64,000 bases of DNA from Eledone cirrhosa (lineage: Eukaryota), in contig OZ024750.1 of the NCBI GenBank assembly GCA_964016885.1, forward strand, positions 25,792,001 to 25,856,000, in the 5' to 3' direction. Each line of letters opens with the position of its first letter. Position 1 is the stretch's first letter. Below the pieces are notes generated by a model that worked only from the letters and a program-made list of their open reading frames with translations, searched no databases and was not told the DNA's origin. The position numbers and the translations under genes are program-made. Positions 44,081 to 58,629 of this stretch are shown piece after piece.

Positions 44081-44851
44081 TAATTGTTTCTACTTTAGGC
44101 ACAAGGCCAGCAATTACCCAGTGCATTACTGGTACTTTATTTTATCGACCCCGTAAGGATGAAAGGCAAAGTCAACCTCGGCGGGATTTGAACTCAGATC
44201 GTAAAGGGACGTAACTATGCTGGAAAGAATGGCGTCCGACCCTCTACCGATACTGCCAATCCACCGCCTTTATAATAATTGTTTCTACTTTAGGCACAAG
44301 GCCAGCAAATACCCAGTGCATTACTGGTACTTTATTTTATCGACCCCGTAAGGATGAAAGGCAAAGTCAACCTCGGCGGGATTTGAACTCAGATTGTAAA
44401 GGGACGTAACTATGCTGGAAAGCATGGCGTCCGACCCTCTACCGATACTGCCAATCCACCGCCTTTATAATAATTGTTTCTACTTTAGGCACAAGGCCAG
44501 CAAATACCCAGTGCATTACTGGTACTTTATTTTATCGACCCCGTAAGGATGGAAGGCAAAGTCAACCTCGGCGGGATTTGAACTCAAATTGTAAAGGGAC
44601 GTAACTATGCTGGAAAACATGGCGTCCGACCCTCTACCGATACTGCCAATCCACCGCCTTTATAATAATTGTTTCTACTTTAGGCACAAGGCCAGCAAAT
44701 ACCCAGTGCATTACTGGTACTTTATTTTATCGACCCCGTAAGGATGAAAGGCAAAGTCAACCTCGGCGGGATTTGAACTCAGATCGTAAAGGGACGTAAC
44801 TATGCTGGAAAGCATGGCGTCCGACCCTCTACTGATACTGCCAATCCACCG
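44080..44851 (-). mobile_element. Tandem array of four SINE units (about 196-bp period)
   Basis: Head-to-tail units joined by ccgcctttataataattg. Confidence 0.9.
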
Positions 44852-45011
44852 TAATAATGTGTTATATATAATAAGAGCGCTATCTGTCATTCCGTCCGTC
44901 TGGCTCACTTTATATAGAGAGGGGGAGCGCCAAGCGAGATATATGTACATAAAGAGAAAACGGACGTCAGTTATTTATATTATTTATTTATTTATTTCGT
45001 GAGAGAGAGAA

Positions 45012-45093
<82 letters not shown>

Positions 45094-45706
45094 GTGTGTG
45101 TGCGTGTGTGTGACCGAAGGAAGGGGAAATGGTCGCCCTCCTCTATCTAGTAATAATGACAACGAAATCTGGGTTGTAAATGTGCAGAGTGTCTCATAAT
45201 GAAAATGGAGGTTGGTGGTTGTTGGTGGTGGCGGTGGGGATGGCGGTGGGGTGTGTGTAAGTTGTTTGATGTAAGCTATACACTTGTTAAACATTAATAC
45301 ACATGTTGAGTGTGAGTTTCAACACATGTGTAGCTTTAAGCTTCCAAAAGGTAACAACTGGCTTAACAAAATGTTTTGTAAAATGTTTTCCTTTTGTCTG
45401 TGCTATATATAAAATAATAACGAGGTATGAATGACTAATTACTAAATTCTCCGAAAGTATATTGCTATTGATATAACATATTTGCAGGCTGTCCCCGAAT
45501 TGAATTTTCTACTTTCTAACTTTTATATTTTCTCTATCTCCAATCTTCCATCTTCCATTCTGTTACATAATTCTGCAAATAACACCTGATAAGATCGCCC
45601 TGTCTTGAATCATAATCGGATGATGCTGTTGGGCCAACGATATATATATATATTCCCTGAATTAAAATTTTAAAGTAAATTTTCCAGTCCAGACTTCTAT
45701 TGTTGT

Positions 45707-46181
<475 letters not shown>

Positions 46182-46320
46182 GATGGCGTGGTAAGATACC
46201 AGGTGGACCATATCGCACAAGAGTACTCAATATTTAGGGTAGTAGAGTGGGTAATAGGAAATGTTTCGGATCTAGTTGTCGAAACGGCCGGAGCCCAGAT
46301 GTCGGGATCCTGACTCTTTT

Positions 46321-46388
<68 letters not shown>

Positions 46389-47729
46389 TCGTCGTTCTTT
46401 ATAATATATATATACATATACATACTTTGTAATTTTTCTTAGAGCCCCTTTTCTGCGTTTTGAGTGTTTTTCCATAGGTGTGTCGGAGAATTATGAAGAT
46501 TCCATCACGAATTACGGGTTCACATATACAATGGAGGATCATAAGGTGATACGGTGTGTTTAACTATTATATGCTTGTAGTAACATGCTGGGTATGGCTA
46601 TATATTCTTTACACTGTGGATTCTGTTTCTGTATGATTGTAAATTCTCTGGTGTTTACAGCATCAACAAGCAAGATGGAATGCTAAACTTGTGTCTCTGC
46701 ACTTATAGTTACTGATATATATCTAATCTAAATCTTTATCTAAAGTCTGTCCCAAACCATGTTGCTCGTTAGGCTGGTGCGTACACCACAGATTCGTGGC
46801 GCGAAGCGACTGAGAGTACAAGACTCCACGATGGATAGGACGCAGTCCATTACAGGGTTAAACTCCTATTTATTGCTGGTTCAGATGAGTATACTGGAGC
46901 AACACGAAATGAAGGGTTTTACTTGAGAATACAACACACGAGCCAGACATTATGGTCATAAGCCCAACACCCTTACCACTATGTCAATGTCCTGTTGTAC
47001 ATTCCGGAAAAGATATTTATATCAATGCGGCTAATGGGACTTCTGTTTTTTAACTTATGTATTGTTTGTTTTTGTCTGGATTGTGTTAGAGGGATAAGGT
47101 CTGGGGTATAGTGTGTGGTTCGGTTATAAGGAGCTGTAGATATATTTGGATATTTGAGACTTAATATACATAAAGTGTACTGTGGTCATGTAGCTAGGCT
47201 AGCAGGAGTTTGGGCCTGGAGGCTCGATTAAACGAGGGCTCAGTGTTATTTGATGTTGTGTTCATATACTTCTCTAAATGAAAATACATTTAACAGATAT
47301 GTTTTGTTAGTGGGAGTGTCTCTTGTTTTGTCTAACTTGTCTGCAACAGTGGTTATTTGTGTACACTGCTGTTTGTGCTGTTAGGAGCTGCTTATAAGAA
47401 TAGAAATAGAAATTATAACACAAAGGAGCAAGAAAGAAACGGAAAATATTGCAAGGAACAAATTAAAAATAAAGTTGGTGCTCTATCTCATTAGCTGTGA
47501 CTTTCTATTCATGTGTGGATGACCTAGTTGATAAAATCAGCAGCAGTGTTTGACAAGAATTTATTTTAACGGTCCCGACAGGAGAAAAATAAAAATTGAC
47601 TGCGATGGATTTTGAGCGGAACTAATATTGTGTCTAGCACTATACCATTCTTATGTTCTATACCATTCTTATGACATCTGTCTAGCACTATATAATTCTT
47701 ATGATCTATACCATTCTTATGATCTATAC

Positions 47730-48150
47730 CAAAGGTTCTCAACCCATTTTGGCCAAACACCCTCTTTTGCCCCTCGAAATCACGAAACGCCCCCGTACCC
47801 TATTTTTCCATTTTTCAATATACTACTGATTTTGATATCAGCAGATTACTGGGCCAAATCAAGTTATGTTAGAATCTTTAAAATGTACTCGTATGAATTA
47901 AATACAAAAAAGTTTCAGTCCAAAACAAAAGCAAACTATTTCAAATTATATAATTTTGAAAAATAGACGTGAATGTTCTCAAAGACTTGATCTCAGTCGA
48001 AAAAGCGTTTTTTTTTAAATTCTATATTTCACTGTTACCTGTTGCCATATTTTGAGTGGATAGACAATTCTACGATTCAAACTGTAAAGTCAAAATACAA
48101 AAGATACAAAATGTGAAGGATTTCTTACCTTTCTCTGAAATCACAAACTC
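47730..48150 (+). mobile_element. Partial hAT MITE related to 55574-56215
   Basis: Starts CAAAGGTTCTCAAC; colinear similarity over about 420 bp. Confidence 0.75.
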
Positions 48151-48288
48151 AAGGGAAAAATAGTACCTTGCAAAATAAAATACCGCGTAGCAAAATAAAA
48201 TACTTAGTAGCAACGAATGAATTGAGAAAGAAATATCTGTATTCCTTATATACATAGATAGATACACACACATATAAACGCGCGCGCA

Positions 48289-48368
<80 letters not shown>

Positions 48369-48573
48369 CATACACATACACACACTTCTGTGTGTGTGTG
48401 CCTTGATTTTGGTACAGAAAGAATTTGTCTCCAGTTTTTATTGCCAGGTCAAACGCCACTGCTCTTTTTAACGACGCCAAATAACAAGGCCATATATATA
48501 TATAAAAGAAGAGAGAAAGAGGGAGGGACAGAGAGAGAGTAAGAAATGTGTGTGTGTTTGTATTTGGTACACG

Positions 48574-48616
<43 letters not shown>

Positions 48617-48929
48617 CTCTATCTATCTATCGGACGTGCGGTAGATCGTCGGTAAGTTTTTGTAAAGTTTTATATACAAAAACAGAATTTATTGTGTGAA
48701 AATTTATATTGTTTGATAGATTAACACCCTGGCTGAATTGTCAGCTGGGTGGTAATCTCAGTTTTCACCCCACAGGGGCGGAAATTTAATTAATAAAATG
48801 ATTGAGAAGTTTTAAAAATTTTCCTAATTTTAACAATGCGTGACTTACAGCGAACGCTAGACAACGAGAAGAGAGGGAAATAAGAGACAGATATAAGCGT
48901 TATACCTCCCTCTATTTTCATAGAAGTAT

Positions 48930-49600
48930 CTATGGAGACAAACAACAAAAAAACTTCGTTTCGTAAAGAAATGGATATTTACACAACAAAAGATGAAAAT
49001 AACAGCTCACAACAGACACCAAAAAATACAGAAAATGCAGAAATTAAAACAATTGACACAACTACACACGAAAAAACCGACAACAACAAAAATAACATTT
49101 GCACAGACTGTGATAAACAGGGTACAAACACATCGACATAAACAACTCCAGACAAATGTTGACCGATGCAAAACATTGAAGAAAAGGGTCGGTTTCATAT
49201 AAACTCACCCTTGGAAATTAAACGAAAAACAGTTCGAAGGACAGTAACCTTCAGAATTGTTTCAAATCAAACGAAAAAAACCGGTATTCCTCAGTCAAGG
49301 GGAAATTGAAACCACCTTGAAAGAGGCTCTGCCGGGCATTGATTTTATGCAGAGGGCCAGACTATATGGAAGTATTTCGGTACTTTTTAAAAGCGAGGCC
49401 CTCGCACAAAAGCAATCTGTTACACCAGTCATCACAAAAGCACACACCTTTTTCCCTACTTACATGGGAAAAAGAAGACAAAAAATTAAAATAAATAATA
49501 TACCACCAAACATCAACATTTGGTGGATCTTAGCAGGGTTCATAGAGCCAGAAAGTGATACAATTCTTTCGGTCAGGAAGTCGACCAGACAAAGGTAGGC
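48930..49600 (+). pseudogene. Possible decayed LINE ORF1 (RRM-like) remnant
   Basis: ORF 49257-49598 ..SISVLFKSEALAQK...KIKINNIPPNINI resembles ORF1 RRM patterns; weak. Confidence 0.35.
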
Positions 49601-49944
49601 AGGGACAAATTTGGAAATTCTGATACAAAATCCCCGAAAGAGTGCTGGTCGACAACCAAAACTACATTGACATTGTAACTGATGGCAGAAAGCCACACTG
49701 TTTTCGATGTGCAAGCACATCACACCTAAAAGCCTCCTGCCCTTTACAAACAAATCTTTAAAAAAAGTACTTTTACCAACACCAACACCAAAACAATCAC
49801 CACCACCACCACCACCACCACCACCACAACAACAACAACACACAAAACAAGCAAACACACCCAAACACAAAAGGACCAGAACAATTTGCATCAAAGTGGG
49901 AGCAGAAACCTCTGCATGGCAAATATGTGGCTCGTAGCAAACAA

Positions 49945-52160
49945 GCTGATGTTGATCAAAAGTATTCCCATCAGTGGCTACGTAATTCAGAGCTAAACGC
50001 AGAGAGCAAAGGCTTCCTCTTACCTGCCCAAGATCAAACCTTACTGACAAGGAATTACAGGCCAATGTGATGGGAAATGGAGTAAATCCAGAGTACCTAC
50101 TTTGCAATGTTGAGTTTGAAACAGTAGACTACCTAGTTTCTGGATGTAAAGTTTTAGCCCCAGTAGAGTACAAATATAAACATGACAGAGATGGCCAATA
50201 TCAACCTCTGGCTGCAACTGAAAGAGAAAAATTAACAATTCTTTGGGACTATCCTGTATATACTGATAGGACCATGAAATCTAATAGATCAGCTATCATT
50301 ATACAAGACCAACATACCCAGGTCTGTTTATTGATTGATATGAGCATCCCATGTGATCACAATATCGCGGCAAAAGAATTTGGCAAGCTAAAATAATATA
50401 AAGATCTGCTAATTAATATCGAAAAAAAAAAAATGTGGCACCTCAAGGCCGTTACAATACCAGTGAGTGTGGGAGCACTGGGTATGATCAAGAAAGTACT
50501 GCACACATATTGAGAAGAGCACTATCTCTGTAAGAATGATATCCCTCCATTTGGAAAGAAGCAGAACTCAAAGCAAGTTTCTAATCATCATCATAATAAT
50601 AATAAGTGTGTCCTTCTTTAAATGGAGTTCGAAGCTACTGGGTCAAAAGATTTAATCAAAGCCATGAACGAATAACTGAACAACTTATATAGCTAAATGC
50701 TGATCAAGTGATACCCGAGTGGCTGACAAAGGGAGTGACACTTTTCTGCATAAATATTTCACTAAAGGAAATGCGGTAGACAATTGCAGACCGACAACAT
50801 GCCTACCAGTATGTGGAAATTATTGACTGGAATAAATGCAGAATCAATGTACGTGCATCTTGAAAGGTTATGAAGCAAATACAAGAGGAAGATTATTAGA
50901 CTGATTATTAGACTGAGGCTTATTCTCAAGTCGAAACTGAATGGAAGGAATAAGATGGAATCTATCAATTCATGAACGATATCACGCCTTAGAAATGGGG
51001 CAGCGTCGATGACGTGGACTATATAAGAGCTAAACAGTTTAGAACGGTAGACAAGAATGATGTTGACTAGGTATGGGATATTTCACCCAAAGAATGACAC
51101 AGACAGATTATATATACCAAGAAAAAGAAGAGGATGGGGACTGACAGGGTGCCAAGACAGCATTAAATCAGAAGAAATTATCATGGTGTGGTATATAAAA
51201 AATACCGCAGAACAGCTGTACAAAATAGAAGTTTCCAAAAAGAAAAAAAACAAAAAAAAAACAAACAAACACAGTACATGCATTTGAGGATGGATGAGAC
51301 TGAAAGTAAATGGACAGAAAAACAAATATGTGGAAAATTCCATAGACATGTTGAAGATAGGACAGGCAGAGGAAAGAAGGTAGTTATGGATGTCTAAAAG
51401 TGATCTAAAACCCGGAAACAGCATCCTTAATCTGTGCTGGTCAAGAACAAGCACTAAGAACTAACTACATCAAACATAGAGTAGACCACACAACAGAAAG
51501 TGCTAAGTGTAGAAGTTGTCGCATGAATAGAGAAACTGTATGAGATATTACCAGTCAATGTGCACCACTAGCTCAGAAAGAATATAAAAGACGTCAAGTC
51601 AACATAGCATGGCAAGTAGAGCTCGTTGAGGTAAATATGCACTTTACAGAGCAAAACATCGGTAGGAACATAACCCTGAGATCATTATTGAAATCAATAA
51701 TGCAAAGATTCTGTCTGATTTTGTGATGCAGTGTGACCATGAGATTGACGACAAGAGACCAGACATTGTATCAATTGAGAAAGAAATTAAACAGTGTTGG
51801 ATCATATATATAGCTTGTCCAGCTGATTAAAAGGTATGCGGTAAAGAAGGAAAAAAATTACTAGATATGATAGGTTTGCATGAGAGGATAGACAGTTGGG
51901 ATCACTTAAAATGGTGGTGGTAATACCAATAATAGTTGGAGGCTTGGGCACATGGAGTAAAGATATTGAGAGCTACATTAAAGAAATAGGGAATGCAATA
52001 CAGATGGAACGCTTACAAAACACAACACTGCTTGGAACAGCCCGAATAGCCCGGATGGTACTCGAACAATAAGGGTAGTTATATCAGTTCACTAGTAGTG
52101 GACAGCTAACATGCTAATACATCTCCAGTGTTAGAAGTTGAGCGAAGAAACAACAAAATA
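49945..52160 (+). mobile_element. Two old, degraded R4-like LINE fragments (RT, CCHC and RLE remnants)
   Basis: LCNVEFETVDYLVSGC..ILWDYPVYTDRTMKSNR..LIDMSIP; FHPKNDTDRLYIPRKRRGWGL; many stops and frameshifts. Confidence 0.8.
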
Positions 52161-52989
52161 TTGTAATTATGTATAGTGTAGCAGCACCATCTAATATTTG
52201 TGCGCCTTTACCAGACTTAAGTCGTTTGAATCTATTCGGGACATGTCAGGAAAATACACCTCTACTCTTTCTTCCCCTCGGTTTCATCTGCCACGACAGA
52301 ACTGAAAATGCCAGGATTATTTCTCTTCCCATTCTGTATCAATAAATAAATTTATAATAAATTTATAATACTAAATTTATAATACTATAAATTTATAATG
52401 CTAAATTTATAATACTATAAATTTATAATACTAAATCAAGAAGCTGATTCAGTAGCCAGCTTGACAGCCGAAATAGGTAGCACCAACAATTATTACCAGC
52501 ATTAACAAGAGAAAGGCAACGACAGCAACAGAGACAATAACAACCACCCTGCATCTTAGGTGAAAGAAGGCATTCGAACCCCAGCAGCCAGGATGGCAGC
52601 CGAAATAGGAATCAGTATCAACTACCATTGCCATTAACAAGAGGAGACATACGATAGCAGAAGTGACAATAACAACAACAACATATATGTGTATACACCA
52701 ACATCATAGCAGCAATCACTACCACTACCATTAACAAGAGGAAGCCAACTCCAGCATCAGTGACAATAACAACTTTTGGATATTTCCGCTGGGAACAACC
52801 CCTTGTTTTCTTTTCGTACATTCATCCATTCATTCCTTTCTTTATTTGCTAACTTTCTACTTTCTTGTGTGTCCCCTCCGTGCACCCCCTTCTCTTCTAT
52901 CTTCTCTTCTGTTGCCTCCATATCTGATGTAGGTGAGCTATGAGGCCTCACTCATACCAACACTTTCCCTTCCACTTACATACAGTTGT

Positions 52990-53435
52990 GCCTAGCACCT
53001 AGGCTGGTGACAACCAGTCACTCACCCCTGATGCCGCTTGGTGCCCCAGTCCCCGGCCCCAGCCCCCATCATCCAACCCCTCCAGTCGACACCTGCAGCA
53101 CTTGCAGCACCACGAACAGACGGAAGAGGGGCCGGAACTGTCCGGGGTGCGGCTACTTCCAACAGCTCACCTGTGTTGGCTTGACGCGTCGAGCTTCCAG
53201 TGCCCTCGCAGCGTGGAGATGCAGAAACCGTCTCTTTCTTCTTCTGCACAGCCACGGCCGTCTGGCACACCACCAGAAGAGACAGCGAGCTTGCCTGGTG
53301 CGCAAGCCTCGCTGGTCAACATCGTGTGTGCCTCTCGAGTTGGAAAGGCTCTTCCAGCACATCTCCGTCACCATCCTCTGGGGAATCTTCTCCATTCTGT
53401 CCGCCGGGGCTGTGGGGAGGCCAGCACTTGGGACC
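52990..53435 (+). mobile_element. GC-rich remnant encoding a degenerate PHD-like finger (probable retroelement N-terminus)
   Basis: CSTC...CPGCGYFQQLTCVGL......WRC spacing. Confidence 0.4.
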
Positions 53436-53734
53436 CCATTTGCTCACCATATACGGATTAAGACATATAACCTCTCTTTTTCTTTTATTTACTCTTTTAC
53501 AATTAAAAGGTTAGTCTTACATAATAATACTGAAGTAAAAAAAAAAACGCAAGCAAATTATATAGTGAAATAGAACATGTGTAATCTACTGAAGTTTAGC
53601 ACAAAGAGTGCACACGTCGTCTCGAGACACTGAACGCTAACGATAATTCCGTTAGCATCGTCGTGAGGAACGCCACTCAGACAAAATTTTCGGAGTTTTC
53701 CTCACTTTCGATTTATAATTTAACCCGGCTTGCA

Positions 53735-53798
53735 ATGTCCTCCCTTTCTATTGCTGGATTTATTATATTATTAACATGGCAGGTCACTTTAGCAGATG
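53735..53798 (+). CDS. First coding exon (signal peptide) of a multi-EGF-domain secreted or membrane protein
   Basis: GCAATG start, MSSLSIAGFIILLTWQVTLAD, then a strong phase-1 donor G|GTAAGA compatible with the downstream phase-1 EGF exons. Confidence 0.7.
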
Positions 53799-53923
53799 GT
53801 AAGATAATAACCGATTTGTTATTTTATTCACTTATTGAATACTTTGATTTCTTGTCTCTCCTCAAATATTTTTCTCATTTTCATTAATACTGTCATGTTG
53901 TCACAAGATCCTCCAACCTAACA

Positions 53924-54155
53924 GTATTGTTATACTTTGGGAGGGTCATGTTGCCAATAAGAAACACACGCACCAGTTAATTTCACTCCAATTTATTATA
54001 AATTAAATTTATAAATTTAAGAATTTATAAATTTCGGTTGGTTGGTTGGTTCTACAACCGGACAGTTGTTCATATATTGTCAAAGTTCTTTCGTCACACA
54101 TTCTGTGATCTCTTCAGTGACTGGGGATTCTTTTCTTTGTTTTGTGCCTCTCCTA
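53924..54155 (-). mobile_element. Single-arm copy of the 59860-60385 hammerhead element
   Basis: Colinear similarity including the CTGAAGA...GAAAGAACTTTGAC core. Confidence 0.8.
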
Positions 54156-55573
54156 TATATATATGTCTCTTACTCCACTATATATATCTTTGTGTTTGTG
54201 TGTGTGTGTGCGTGTGTGTGTGCGTGCGCGGATATACATGTGTATATGTTATCATCATCATCATCATTTCACGTCCGCTTTCATCTGTAAGCAAGTTTTG
54301 CGTGAGTTACATAGAACAAATTAGTACTGAAGAATGTCTTCTGACCAATCAGTCAGGCCAAGGTTACATCGAGTTGTTTTTGACACAAACTGAAGGGTCC
54401 TACTCACCCTTTGTTTAGTAAGCTTTCTACGGCCGTATTCCTTTCTTACTACCAACTGCTTTGCAGCCTGTACTGATTGCTTTTATTGTGTAGATCAGCA
54501 GGACTAAGGAGGTTGTGTTTTTAAACAACTAAAGGTTTATCTAAATTCTTTTATGCATGGGATCGACAGCGGGTGAACTTCCACTCACCAACCACTCTGG
54601 AGAGGTTGACTATAAATCAAACTGCAGAACCCTTCAAATCTGGAGAAGGGACAATAAGGGAGATAAATATGAAGTTATAGGTATGTGTGGGGGTTTGTTT
54701 GGCAAGCCAATGAGTAAGGGGTAGCAGTTACTGATTAGTGTATGAGGTGTATTGGTGTGAGGGATGTGGTCAACATGTGGCGTGATGGAAAGATAAGAAG
54801 CGGGTTTAGGGATGAGTAAGAGTTAGGAATAGCTGATTAGTGTACGGGGAGTGGGACATTTAGTGAAGGATGTGGTCGATAGAGATTGGGGTCGTGTTAG
54901 AGAGATGGGTAAGGGATAGTGAGGGATAAGGTTTGCTAATAGTGGTGGATTGAACAATGGGGAGAGAAAGCAGCTACTATTGGCCAATGGTGAGGATATC
55001 TAAGGTGTCTAGTGTTTGAGTGGGTCTCGAGTGTATATGTGTAGTGGATGCGGCATTGGGGAGTACAGATGGGGAAAGTAATTATGGGAGGGAGGGTGTA
55101 CTTCATGGATGGGTCAGGTCATATTTTATGATTCTGGGCGGGTCTTCATTAACACAGCATAACGCCAGCCAAATCTGCCACATCTCTTGTGAGTCCATCG
55201 ATTTCACTCTGTGCATCTTATAGAACTCCTGCCCACCCTTTTCTGGCATATCGAACACAGCCATCTCCCTGATTGTATCCCCTTCTTGTCCTCTTTCGTG
55301 CTTAGCCCTTTTGCCTCTGATGCGATTAGTTTTAGGCTTTTCAACTCTAAGTTCTTGCAAGTTTGAAGTTTTGTCCTTTACCATCCTAGGGATTCAGTTA
55401 AGGTACTCAGTACAGTTTTGAAATACTCAGTGAAGAACAGTGAAGAACAGTGATAAATAGGAGTGGACTAAGGACTGAGCCCTGGTGGACATCGAACTGC
55501 ACTTCATCACTCTACTGGCATCCAGCTTTTTTATACATGGCCCAAACTGCTTTCACAAGTTATTCATCTACAT

Positions 55574-55988
55574 GAAAGGTTCTCAACCCATTTCGGCCAA
55601 ACGCCCCTTTTGCCCCTCGAAATCACGAAACGCCCCCAACCCTATTTTTCCATTTGTCAATGTACTACTGATTTTGATATCAGTAGATTACTGGGCCAAA
55701 TCAAGTTGTGTTAGAATCTTTAAAATATACGAATTAAGTACAAAAAGTTTCAGTCCAAAACAAAAGGAAACTATTTAAAATTATATATTTTAGAAAAACA
55801 GACGTGAATGTTCCCAAAGATTTGATCTCAGTCGAACAAGCTTTTTTTTTTAATTTCCATATTTTACTGTTAGCTGTTGTAAAATTTTGAGTGGATAGAC
55901 AATTCCACAATTCAAACTGTAAAGTCAAAATACAAAAGATGCAAATTATGATGAATTTCTTACCTTTCTCTGAAATCACAATATATTT

Positions 55989-56080
<92 letters not shown>

Positions 56081-56215
56081 ACATACATACATATAAATCA
56101 ATGTATGTAGATTTATATATATATAAACACCCCCCTAACGTTCCCTTGTCCAAAACGCTACCCTGGAGATCCGAAACACCCCTAGGGGTGCATATGCCCC
56201 CGTTGAGAACATTTG
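55574..56215 (+). mobile_element. hAT (Charlie-like) MITE
   Basis: TIRs GAAAGGTTCTCAAC / GTTGAGAACATTTG with a perfect 8-bp TSD ATCTACAT (55566-55573, 56216-56223). Confidence 0.85.
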
Positions 56216-56366
56216 ATCTACATCGAGCTTCCTAATTGTCCCCCATACTACGGAGAATGGGACCCTGTCAAAGGGTTCTCCCTGTCTACAAAATCTAGAT
56301 ATGGCTTACACTTCGCTAAGTACCTCTCAAGCAGTCGTCACACTATAAAGGGGGAATTAATGGCAC

Positions 56367-56367
<1 letters not shown>

Positions 56368-56397
<30 letters not shown>

Positions 56398-57065
56398 CTT
56401 GTTCTTCTTCTTGTTCTTCTTCTTGCTAAAATGGTAGTGGGTGGGGGAAGAGTCTTCACCCATTCCTTCCAGTGGGTTTGTCAGAAACAACCGTCTTCAA
56501 ATAATCCGGCTGGATCCCCAATCTAGACCAGATGTGCTCATGGATGTTATCCAATCATCTTGCGCGGTCTCTGTCTCTGGGCTTCCTTCCGGTTGCGTTT
56601 ACTCGTAAAAACATTCTAGCGATTTTTCCCGGAGACATTCTAAACGCATGGATATAGTATCGTATCTGTAATCTCTCAATTCGGAGAAGTAGCGACACTC
56701 CCTGGTGGGAGACCTGATCTCCAAGCTACGCACCCTACTGACTAACGTTACTTAAAATACCCTTTGGAGGAACCCCATTGCTGACGTTTGTATTGACGAC
56801 CATATTAGTTTTGTCATTACCCAAGATTCATGACCATAATAAGTGTTGACACGAATACCGTACTGAAGATAACCAGTTTGGATTCTTCACCTACATCCCT
56901 TCTTCTGAATAACAACAGCTGAAGCTGGCGCATTACAGCACCTGCTCCTGCAATTCTTGCACTTAATTCAGCCTCATGAGTTTCATCACTTGTGAACATT
57001 GCGCCGAGATACATGAATTTCTCCACCAGTTTCAGTGGAACCCCATTCATATATAGATTGCAAGG
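56368..57065 (-). mobile_element. RTE-like LINE 3' fragment with (GAA)n tail
   Basis: NGVPLKLVEKFMYLGAMFTSD...ELSARIAGA...KLVIFSTVFVSTL RT thumb motif. Confidence 0.75.
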
Positions 57066-57094
57066 CACATTGTCATGTATATTGATATTTTCAG

Positions 57095-57183
57095 AATGCC
57101 CAGCAGGAAAGTATGGTGAGTTTTGTCGATTGACATGCCATTGTTTCAAAAACAGTAAGTGTGACAAGCTAACTGGAAGGTGT
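57095..57183 (+). CDS. EGF-like exon, apparently 3'-truncated
   Basis: TTTTCAG acceptor; (E)CPAGKYGEFCRLTCHCFKNSKCDKLTGRC then runs into (GT)n. Confidence 0.6.
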
Positions 57184-57282
57184 GTGTGGGTGCGTGGGGA
57201 GTGTGGGTGCGTGTGTGTAGCTGCATGTGTGTGTGTGTGTGTAAATTTGATGTTTAATATAGAAATCTTATATATATTTCAG

Positions 57283-57417
57283 ATTGCCTGGTAGGACGGT
57301 TTGGTGTTAAGTGTGAAGGAGTATGCCATTGTTTCGACAACATTAACTGTGACCATCGAAATGGAAGTTGTTCAGATGGATGTGCTGCAGGTTATGTTGG
57401 TGACACTTGCCAAGCAG
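57283..57417 (+). CDS. EGF-like (MEGF/SREC-type) 135-nt phase 1-1 exon
   Basis: TTTCAG|...|GTATAT; CLVGRFGVKCEGVCHCFDNINCDHRNGSCSDGCAAGYVGDTCQA. Confidence 0.85.
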
Positions 57418-57453
57418 GTATATCATAAACTTGTTACGTATTTACTATAATTA

Positions 57454-57532
<79 letters not shown>

Positions 57533-57669
57533 CACACACACGTACACACTCACACATATTCACACATATATATGTATGTGTTTCTGTGTGTATGTGTGTG
57601 TTTGTGTGTGTGTGCATATGTTTGTGTGTGTGGAAATATGATGTTTAATATAGAAATCGCTTCTACAGG

Positions 57670-58320
57670 AATTATTAGCCGTACAGTGTTCAGCAACCAT
57701 GGTTGCCATTTTGTTCAACACTGACAAAGGAACGATGAACTAGTTTCTAGCTCATTAGCTGTCATCAGCACTATATACCTTCCTGTCAGTTGATTGAACG
57801 TTTGAAAGTATATACTATCCTGATGCATATTAACGGCTGAGCAGCCTAATTTGCATATCGAGTGAGTACATATCTATATGTGTGCATGTATGTACGAATA
57901 TACATACTACTGTACGTCTGTATACATATATGTATGTAAGTATACATACTTATATTTAAGTATCAGCCGTACTAAGAATGAGAAATGAAATTTCATTTTT
58001 TCCATTTATCGTTTTCGGTACGCCCGGTCGACTAACTCACTCGAAATGTAAATTAGGCTGCTCAGTTGTTAGTATGCATAAGGAAAGTATATACTTTCAA
58101 ACGGTCAATCAACTGACAGGAAAGTATACGGTGCTGATGACAGCCAATAATTTAGAAACTAGTTCCTCGTTCCTTTGTCAGTGTTGAACAAAATGGCAAC
58201 GATGGTTGCCGAACACTGTACAGCTAATAATTAGGGCTGTTTGTTCACAAACAAACCGTGCATTATAATAAATGTTCGGTAAACACATACGTACATATAT
58301 ATATATATATGTGCATGTAT
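57670..58320 (+). mobile_element. Retrozyme-like element: inverted arm plus ~429-nt permuted monomer with hammerhead
   Basis: 57670-57867 inverted to 58035-58232; direct repeat tgtgcatgta at 57881 and 58310; hammerheads at 58129-58169 (+) and 57733-57773 (-), both CTGATGA...GAAACTAGTT. Confidence 0.8.
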
Positions 58321-58403
58321 CTATATATATTCGTGGAGGCGCATGGATGGGTTATATGGGAAACAGCTGCAACACAGGTATTTCCTAATGATGCTAAGTA
58401 TTT

Positions 58404-58480
<77 letters not shown>

Positions 58481-58629
58481 TAAGAAAATGCGAAGTAGTT
58501 TCAGATATATTATCCATTTATTGAGCGTACAGTAGAACGGAATGTAAATTACAGTATGAAACGTAGTAATTAGGCAAACAATTAGTTAATAACTTCTTCT
58601 ATCATATGAATCAAAACAAAACAAAAAGT

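Noticed and set aside
43990-44110. SINE mobilised by the adjacent R4-like LINE
   Set aside because: Only GAA(A)CAAT is shared at the 3' ends and the tail repeats have opposite polarity, (TTA)n versus (TAA)n
47160-47400. Possible GIY-YIG endonuclease remnant on the minus strand; similar weak PLE-like hints at about 36600-36800 and 38600-38880
   Set aside because: Needs several frameshifts; similarity too weak to support by eye
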